Assembly (NCBI GenBank): GCA_951406725.2
Contig: OX597819.1
Span: 62,496,001 to 62,560,000, forward strand
From: Octopus vulgaris
Taxonomy: Eukaryota
DNA length: 64,000 bases
Direction of reading: 5' to 3'
The notes beneath the pieces were generated by a model. That model was not told where the DNA came from. It worked only from the letters and a program-made list of their open reading frames with translations, and did no database searches. Every line of letters begins with the position of its first letter. The stretch's first letter is position 1. Positions 55,398-64,000 of the stretch are shown one piece after another. The position numbers were made by a program, and so were the translations under genes.

Positions 55398-55775
55398 TTA
55401 CCACCTCCACCCTCACTAAGGCGGAGGTACTGCTTTCAGTCGCGTTTGTTTGGGTGTTTGTCCGTAGACAAGATATCTCAAGAACTACGGAATAAATTCG
55501 GATGAAACTTTCAGTGATGTTTGGCCTCGTGACTGGCACAATTGGATTAGATTTTGCGATCGATCGGGTACCGGACAAGGATTCTGGAATATTTTTCCTG
55601 TTTTTTTTTCCCCCTTAATTTTTTAGAGCGGTCGCATTGATTTTTAGCATTCTTATTTGTGAGAGCAGTCGAGTTTATTTCAGATATCCTCATTTTAAAA
55701 ATCATCTCTGGCTAATCGTCGAGAGGACGTTGGTGTTGCCTTGGCGGAGGTTCGCGCTCTCTGAGTACTCTTGTT
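55398..55775 (+). mobile_element. Helentron-associated (HINE/DINE-1-like) element
   Basis: Subterminal inverted repeats ACCTCC(A)CC / GGCGGAGGT (twice), (GTTT)n-like tract, 3' hairpin GCGCTC-TCT-GAGTAC. Confidence 0.7.
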
Positions 55776-56029
55776 AATAATGGATTATAACCACCCGACT
55801 TATTAGTTTCGTACTTATTTTCGCAGTTCAACAGAACCCCAATCAGAGTGCACTAATAAACCTAAAAGGGAAGCCCCCCCCCCACCGAAAGGAGATCGGA
55901 AATATTATACAAAACTGAAAGATTCTGAATAAAGTGACACACCACATTAGTTTTGTTAAATCATATAATTTACTTAGTAAAACTTAAAATTAATGCTCAA
56001 TCCTTCTTTCTTTTCTGTTCTATATTTAA

Positions 56030-56372
56030 GAGATGAGGAATTATATACATTATTTACATTATTTACATTCGACGGATGTTTGCCCTCATCTTGTTTGTTA
56101 TTAACACTACGCCATATACCCGTGGGCATATGGCGTAGTGGTTAGACGCGTGGGATACTAACCCCAAGATTCCGAGTTCGATTCCAAGCAGTGACCTGAA
56201 CAATAATAATAATAATAATAATAACATCGAAAAATACCTTAGGAATGAGAATCCAGGTACGAAATTTCCCCAACAGACCTGAAGAAGGCTGGAGGGTATA
56301 TCAGCCGAAACGTGTTCACAACAAACAAGACGAAGACAAATATCCGTCAAATGTAAATAATGTAAACATTCT
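56030..56372 (+). mobile_element. tRNA-head + (AAT)n + hammerhead element with inverted 5' appendage
   Basis: A box TGGCGTAGTGG 56131-56141, B box GAGTTCGATTCC 56174-56185. 56050-56106 is an inverted copy of the tail. Confidence 0.82.
56276..56316 (+). ncRNA. Hammerhead motif, cleavage-site nucleotide apparently deleted
   Basis: GAC-CTGAAGA-A-GGCTG-GAGGGTATAT-CAGCC-GAAAC-GT-GTT. Stem II is identical to 20696-20737. Confidence 0.65.
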
Positions 56373-56459
56373 TTCTTTCTTCTTCTCGCCTCCTTCTCCA
56401 TAATATACATGCGCGCGCGTATTTAATGAAAATTGGTGCTAATTATATATATATATATA

Positions 56460-57632
56460 TTAGATCGTCAAGTATGAAATTGGTAGTAAGGTATATGGTA
56501 AACTTTGACAGCTGCTCAGTTTGCGCCTTATAAATTATTTATAAATCATTTTTACTACTTTTGTTTAGAGATGGATAAGTCGGAAATACGTACAGTTTTG
56601 AAATATGAGTTCTTTCCTGGAAATACATCTTCACAGACAGCGCGGAATATTAATGGAGTATTTTATTCTAATGTTATTACACAGCAGACAGTATCGAATT
56701 GGTTTGCAAAATTTCGTTCTGATAACTTTGACCTCACAAATGAGCAACGCGGTCGACCCGAAACAAAGGAGGATAATGACGAACTGAAAACCTCCGTCGA
56801 GTCAGTGAATTATGCCCGTAAATTATCGTTGTTGATTAGTGTTAGCATGCAAACAATATTAACTCACCTAGTTCAAATCGGTAAAGTGAAAAAGTTAGAT
56901 AAGCGGGTTCCACATGTTCCACATGAACTCAATGAAAATCAGAAACAGCAACGTTTGGAAGTTTGCATTATACTACTTTCTCGTCACAAAAATGAATCAT
57001 TTTTTAATCGAATTGTAACATGTGATGAGACATGGATCCAATACAACAACGGTAAACGTTCAGCACAATTGTTGGACAAAGACGAGCCACCAAAACACAG
57101 TCCCAAAAGAAGCTGTGTGTTTCTTGGTCTGGCGCAGGAGTGATCCATTATGATTCCATTAAACCTGGCTCATCAATTACGGTCGAAGTATACTGCAGCC
57201 AACTGGACCAAATGATGCAGACATTTACAAAAAACAGCCTAGATTAGTCACCAGATCCACTCCTATTCTATTGCAAGACAACGCCAGACCACACACCGCA
57301 AAAATGGTTTGGAATTAGAGTTGGAATTTCTCCATCATTCACTACACTCACCTGATCTTGCCCCCACTGACTACCACTTTTTCCAGAATTTGGATAATTT
57401 TTTGATAGGAAAATATTTAATTCCGACGATGCTGTAAAACAGGCCTTCCAAGAATTTATTGACTCTAGATTGCCAGGCTTTTACAGTTCCCGGTTGGACA
57501 AGCTACCACTAAAATGGCAAAAGTGTATTGACAAAATGTATGCATATTTTGATGAAGAAAACTATTTCTTGTATTTATAAAACATTAGCAACCTTTTTTC
57601 TTTTCTTTCAAATTTCATACTTGACGACCTAA
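56460..57632 (+). mobile_element. Defective mariner transposon
   Basis: TIRs ttag(a/g)tcgtcaagtatgaaatt with TA flanks. VTCDETW, QDNARPH and SPDLAPTDYHFF, with frameshifts. Confidence 0.92.
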
Positions 57633-57669
57633 TAGACACACTCATATCATTTTTTCTTTTCTTCTTAAA

Positions 57670-57903
57670 GAAGCACCGCCGTTTAGTCGAACAAATCAAC
57701 CCCAGGAATTGTTCTTTGTAAGCCTAGTACTTATTCTATCGGCCTCTCTTTTGCCGAACCGGTAAGTTACGGGGACGTATACACACCAACATCGGTTATC
57801 GAGCGATGGTGGGAAGATAAACACAGACACACAAATACATAATACATGCGTACAAACACACACACACATATCACACACACACACATACACACACATACAC
57901 ATA

Positions 57904-57967
<64 letters not shown>

Positions 57968-58165
57968 CACACACACATATATATATATATATATATGACA
58001 CACACATATGTACGACAGGTTTTTTTTTCAGTTTCCGTCTACCGAATCCACTCATAAGGTTTAGCTCGATCTGAGATTCTAGTTGAAGACACTTTTTCAA
58101 AATACTATACAGTAAGAATGAACCCGGAACCCTTCGACTGAAAAGCAAATTCCTCACCACACTGC
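57670..58165 (-). mobile_element. SINE family A
   Basis: Family motifs, expanded microsatellite. Confidence 0.78.
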
Positions 58166-58289
58166 CGAACGAAAAGACACTTTTATTTTTATATCACTCA
58201 TAATCAGATGTGCGTAGAATTTCACAGAACGCGAACAAAATGTGCATTCAGTTTTTCCATAGAACTTCGACTTTTATTTTCCATATACA

Positions 58290-58454
58290 TAGGTGCGGGT
58301 GTGGCTGTGTGGTAAGAGGCTTGCTTCCCAATTTCATATTTTCTGGTTCAATCCCACTGCGTGGCACCTTAGGCAAGTATCTTCTACTATAGCCCCGGGC
58401 CGACTAAGGCCTTGTAAGTGGATTTGGTAGACGGAAAATGAAAAGCAGCCCGTC

Positions 58455-58547
<93 letters not shown>

Positions 58548-58885
58548 GCGTGTGTTTGTGTGTGTGTGTTTATATCTGTGTTTATCCCTCATCACTGCTT
58601 GGCAACCGGTGCTGGTGTGTTTATATCCCTGTAACTTCAAAGGGAGTCCAATAGAACAAGTACTAGGTTTCAACAAAAAAAATGATAATAATAATAATTC
58701 GAGGGGTTGATTCATTCGACTAAAACCCATCAAAGCAGTGCCCCAGTATGACCGGTTCGGCAAAAAAGAGATCGATAGAATAAGTACTAGGCTTACAAAG
58801 CAGAAGTCCTAGGGTCGACTAAAGGCGGTGCCCCAGCATGGCCGCAGTCAAATGACTGAAACAAATAAACGAATAAAAGAATAAA
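58290..58885 (+). mobile_element. SINE family A with duplicated 3' portion
   Basis: The tail segment (…gactaaa…gtgccccag(t/c)atg) occurs twice. Confidence 0.8.
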
Positions 58886-59059
58886 AAAATACATATGGGT
58901 TTACATTAGTCTTGCCCAAAAAGCAGAACTCACTTTTCCAGGCAAAGAGAAGTTTTGATTTAAATCTCAGCACCTTCAATTCATCGATCTCCATAGATGA
59001 CGAAATCACGCGGTTGTAAGATGAAATTGCTGTGATACATCTAGTATCATCCTTGGCAG

Positions 59060-59200
59060 GAGAAGCTAGAAGGTATGGCGGCCACTTAGGGAATCGTGGA
59101 TCTAACCTTAGACACACAATAACCTCATTTTCCTGGAAGCACCGAATGTTGATAACCACGTGGCTTTTATTGCTCCCTCACTTTTTAAACTTGTGGTCCT
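59060..59200 (-). pseudogene. Possible Tc1-like transposase relic
   Basis: …H….CFQENEVIV…KWPPY resembles the segment before WPPxSPDL. Weak. Confidence 0.3.
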
Positions 59201-59869
59201 TCTTTCCAAGTACTTGTCCCATATTGACCCCACAAAGCATCAATTAAGTCCATGCAATAAGGTCATGATGTTATAGACACATACACAAACATATACATAT
59301 ACAAACAAATATATATATATAAATATATATACATACATATATAAGTATGTATGTATATATGTATGTATGTATCTATCTATCTGCATATATATGTATAAAT
59401 ACACATGCATACATACACACTAGCAGGCGTATACGTATGTAAACATATATACGTAAAAATATTTTACACAAGCAACAAATTTCGGTTTATTGTGGGAAAA
59501 GAACACCGGAGTGTGTGCGCACGCGAGCGTATGTGTGTTTGTGTGTTGTGTGTGTGTGTGAGTGTGTGTGTGTGTGAGAGAGAGAGAGAGGATGTGTGAT
59601 GTCAGACATTTTTCAAAGGCATTGGTTGTTTTGGAACGAACCCAGAGTCCCACTCCATCTTTTTACGACACTAAGCTTATGAGTAAATGTATTATCCAAA
59701 GCGAAAACCGCACAAATACAGATACTCATTACCCAATCAATTGGCAGATAGAGGGCGATTGACTAGCTATTTTAGTTCGACCCCTAGAACACATAAGGCC
59801 GGTTGCCCGATGTCCATGGAGTATAAATGAGCAAGAGCACCACAGTCCGTGGCAGGTTTTAAGGCCAGC

Positions 59870-60252
59870 GATTTTAAGAGGAGAGGACAAGTCGATTACA
59901 TCGACTCTAATACTTGTACTTTATTTCGTCGAACCCAGAACGTAAGGAGCCGAAACAAATGCCGCTAAATATTGTATTCGACGCGCTAACAGTTCTGCTA
60001 GCTCGCCGCGTTCAGAATGACACTTTCGACAGACATATTGGTTTCGAATCTTAGCACAAGACCAAAATTTCAGGAGACGGGTTAAGTCGATTATATCGAC
60101 CACACTGTTCAACTGGTACTTATTTTATCAACTCCGAAATGAAGAAAGGCAAAGTCGACTTCGGTGGAATTTGAACCTAGAGCGTCAAGACAGAAGAAAT
60201 GTCGCAATGCATTTTGCCCGGCGTGATAACGATTGAGCCAGCTCGCCGCCTT
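59870..60252 (-). mobile_element. Two tandem SINE family B copies
   Basis: Two …gctcgccgc heads (60010, 60250) with duplicated flank ctttcga(c/t)agacatattg. Confidence 0.8.
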
Positions 60253-60489
60253 CAGATTGATGCTTTCGATAGACATATTGAAAAGCTTTTCGACACACGC
60301 TTATTATCAAATATTTATTGACAAACAAATATACTGACAGGCACATCTATTCACAAACTTACGGACAAGAAGAGACAGTAACAAACGCATTGACTGAAAT
60401 ACTGTGAGATAAATTTATTGACACGAGGATTATTGAGTAACTTATTAACAAACACATTGACAGAGCAACAATCATATTCACACACACAT

Positions 60490-60549
<60 letters not shown>

Positions 60550-61284
60550 TCACTCACTCACTCATTCACACTCATATATAAATGATATCCAGAGGTGATG
60601 CAGTACGACTGTTTCAAACGGCTCCATTTTATTTGAACAATGCAATCATTACATCACTTTAAATGCAGGGCTGTTCTCAGCTGCATAAATAAATAAATGG
60701 AATTTTTTAATCAGTCGGACACATTAGTATAATTTAGGGTAAGAAGACAGATAAAGTCTATGCTGTTGTCACTTCAGCTTAGAAGTTTCCAAGACATCAA
60801 GAAAAAAATTTGTTTGGGTCATAGCTTGTCACTGGTTTTGGTTCTGTTTTTATTTATTAGTTTTGTTTATCAAATCTAAGACTAGTGAATTGTATCTGTT
60901 AGGAAAGGGCATGATGGACTTGAGAGAATCATAGTGGGTATAGTTATAAAACTTGTCAAGACTATTTTGAAGTTGTATAAAGTAACTGGCTATAATGAGG
61001 TTGAGTAATGGAAGGCCTCAAATAAAGATGTTAATTACCAGTTAAAGGGGCAAGACGCTAATAAAACCAATGATGATAATACAGAGGAAATTTTATCATA
61101 TGGTACTATAATTGATTTATTTAAACAGAATTGTTATATTGTATAAAGATAAAATTTAGGATCATCAAGAAAAATATAACCAAAAAGATAAATTTCGAAT
61201 AATTTTGAATATATACCAAAGGTTTCAACCATAGAGATAGAAAAGATTTATATAGAATTAGTTTTATATATAAATAAAAAAATA

Positions 61285-61375
<91 letters not shown>

Positions 61376-61377
61376 AT

Positions 61378-61565
61378 AGGGAGAATTCACAAAAAAAGAC
61401 GAAGACAGGTGGTGTAGACAACAAAGAGAAGTATTAATATAACTCTCGAGAAGTGAAAAAGTCTTTAACGTTTCGAGCCTACGCTCTTCCAAAGAAAGGA
61501 ACACAGAAAGAAACAAAGAGAGAAAATAAAGAATGTGTTGAGGCTAGCGATCTATGATGGCGAAT
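61378..61565 (-). mobile_element. Second copy of the 19443-19740 family, with decayed HHR-like motif at 61463-61498
   Basis: CTTT-CTTTGGA-A-GAGC-GTAG-GCTC-GAAAC-GTT-AAAG; shared flanks; microsatellite on both sides. Confidence 0.7.
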
Positions 61566-61787
61566 GTGTGTATGTGTGTGTGTGTATGTATATGTGTGTG
61601 CATGAGAGAAAAATAAGTTCAAATAGAACAATTCAAACTTTTTAAGGAGTCAAAAAAAAAGAGAAAATAATTTCCAATAAAAAATCATCATATTCATAAA
61701 AATCAGCCAATTATAATTTTTTAGCATCTTTTCTCCATTTTTATACTTGTTTATGATATCTTTCTACGTATAATGAACTTTTTCAAT

Positions 61788-61908
<121 letters not shown>

Positions 61909-62096
61909 GTATATAACACAGGTGAGGACCGAAATCCTTCAAAGGGATGTTAAACATCCAAGTTCGCCAGTAAAATCCAAGTAAAGAATATATATAAATA
62001 TATATTCCGTATTTGCAAAAACAGTAAATGAAGTATAAGGAAAGGAAAATTATATAAGTGTAGACGAACTTTAATGATTAGGAATCTAATTTGTAT

Positions 62097-62155
62097 CTTA
62101 TGAAGAGTTTTTCGTCTTTGTCTTTGGAATTAATTAGACTCCGAAACAATTTGTA
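62097..62155 (+). ncRNA. Decayed hammerhead motif in a TA-flanked insert (~61907-62200)
   Basis: CTTATGA-A-GAGTT…GACTC-C-GAAAC-AATTT-GTA. G5 is mutated and stem I is not evident. Confidence 0.4.
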
Positions 62156-62291
62156 GAATGTAGATAGGTTCTGTACCAACTTGGTACAGAACCAATATAC
62201 TTCATCTCTCATCTCTCTCTCTCTCCCTCTCTCTTTATATATATATATAATGAAATGGATAAATGAATTATCTTGTTACGGATTATTCAAA

Positions 62292-62366
<75 letters not shown>

Positions 62367-62567
62367 TACATACATATATATTTTTATATTGACAGAGAGA
62401 CGAATTTGTTGACAAATTCATTTCTGGTCAGATATTTTGACATGAAAGCTTATGCATAGTTTTTTTTTCGACAAAGAAATCTAGTATTATATAAACTTAA
62501 TGGAAAATAGATATAAAACTCAATCAATTTCTGTCGATTAAAAACAATATATAAAGAAATGGCTTAC

Positions 62568-63018
62568 CGCGACAAACACCATAGCTCTTGCTCAGCGAAG
62601 ATTTCTTCTCTGGAATGCACCTAAGTCCTAAGTTTTGGTCACATCGTTTCCGTGTATTAAAGCCACATTTTTCACCCGCCATTTGTAGGCAGCTGCAGTC
62701 CTCTGCTGATGGAAGCCTGTTACCTGGGCAACGGGATATTTTAGGGTTGCATTGATTTTGTTCATCGTCACTCTCTGTGGCGGCTGGAGAGGTTGCAGTG
62801 ACAGCGGCAAATGTCATGGTGGCAGACGTGGACGAATCACTGAAATGTGTTGTTTCTTGTTGATTCTCCTTGTTCCCAGGATCGGAATCAGATTCCTTGT
62901 TGGTCTCTGAAGCGCTGATATTTTCTGCCAATGAGATATTCAATAACAAATTGAATAGAGTTAATACAATGATAATGTATGGTACCAAGTTTCGCAGGTG
63001 AGATATTCCGTACATCAT
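62568..63018 (-). CDS. First coding exon: signal peptide, S/T/acidic linker and 8-Cys IGFBP/CCN-like module
   Basis: Hydrophobic leader ending ISLA-E; GEKC…CDQNLGLRC…GVCR. Phase-1 donor G|GTAAGC right after the last Cys-Arg (150 codons + 1 nt). Confidence 0.8.
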
Positions 63019-63616
63019 GTCAGTAGTGAGCCTTTGTTGAAATGAAAATTCTTCTGCAAGAAGATGGTTCCGAACCCGCTAGCTGATCATGATTACCGAC
63101 TCAATTAATTTCATTCTTCGCCTCTTTTTCGATGTTTAAGTCGATGCAATATGACATAAGGAACAGCAGCAGAAGCAACAAAAACAACGCCGGACCAACC
63201 GCCGACACCACCACCACCACCACCACCACCACCACCACCACCACCACCACCACCACCACCACCGCCACCACCACCAATAACAACAGCGGTAGCAACAACA
63301 GTAGTAATAGTAATAGTCAAAGGGAGTCACAGTAGCAACGTGGACCAAACAACATTATCACCACGCCACAACAACAACAATACTTGTCTGTCACTAAACC
63401 ACTAAAGCAACTATTGGTAACTCACAGCTCCATCCCGGCCGAACAATAACACAAGTAATAAAAATAACCATAACAACAACAACAATAATAATAATATTAA
63501 TAAATAGTCCTGATAAGCAGAACAATTTCGGGTTTGATTTTGTAATAATCGAAACACACCCGAAAGCAACGGGTGAATAGAAAGTCCCAGAGGCGTAAAT
63601 TTTCCCTGACTACCAA

Positions 63617-63673
<57 letters not shown>

Positions 63674-63865
63674 CACTATAAACTGGCTGCTCCGAAAATA
63701 AGCTTGAAGCAGCTCCTTTGTTGTCATAAGAAGAACATTTCTTTGTTTTGAAACGAGGCCTCTACGAAATCACATTCTTCTCGCCGGAGCGTCAATGTTT
63801 ATATATGGTCCTTTGCGTTTCTCTTCTGTGTGACTCTGTGTGTTTTACGAGCGTGTGTGCGTGTG

Positions 63866-63920
<55 letters not shown>

Positions 63921-64000
63921 GCGTACGTGTGCGTGTGCGTGCGTGTGTGTGTGTGTGTGTGTTCGTATGGCTGTGTGCGTATATGCGTCTAGCCGTTCGT

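Noticed and set aside
56124-56196. Genuine tRNA gene (also 46650-46722 and the SINE heads)
   Set aside because: Arms are imperfect and embedded in repeats; treated as tRNA-derived promoters.
56505-57143. Domesticated or intact transposase
   Set aside because: Frameshifted before the second and third catalytic Asp; TIRs intact, so an ordinary dead mariner.
62524-62567. C-terminal 14 aa of the 164-aa ORF
   Set aside because: Read-through past a strong GTAAG donor; most likely intronic.
63101-63348. Poly-Val/Gly/Trp/Thr ORFs
   Set aside because: (GGT)n tract in the probable 5' UTR or upstream region.
63505-63575. CTGATAA…CGAAA with a TTTCGGGT/ACCCGAAA hairpin
   Set aside because: Core is wrong and helix geometry does not fit a hammerhead.

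Overview
AT-rich, microsatellite-saturated animal DNA. The repeat content looks like an octopus or other cephalopod genome (inference from repeat types, not a database match). Host genes: (i) an intact single-exon class A GPCR (6835-7965, +); (ii) the first coding exon of a secreted protein with an atypical IGFBP/CCN-like Cys module (63018-62568, -). No further exons of that gene were recognised in the window. The rest is mobile DNA: at least three tRNA-derived SINE families, several dead mariner/Tc1 copies, Tx1/L1-, CR1/L2- and RTE-like LINE remnants, Helitron/Helentron-like pieces and a Penelope-like GIY-YIG remnant. Main hidden signal: about 14 hammerhead-ribozyme (HHR) motifs, 6 with a fully canonical core. 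They lie in short non-coding elements of many unrelated sequence families, most inside or beside (TA)n tracts. These elements show foldback or terminally redundant structures, and some carry a tRNA-like Pol III head upstream of the ribozyme. This looks like a Penelope/retrozyme-like population of self-cleaving RNA parasites. Most entries in the ORF track are microsatellite artefacts. All structures were read by eye; nothing was computed.
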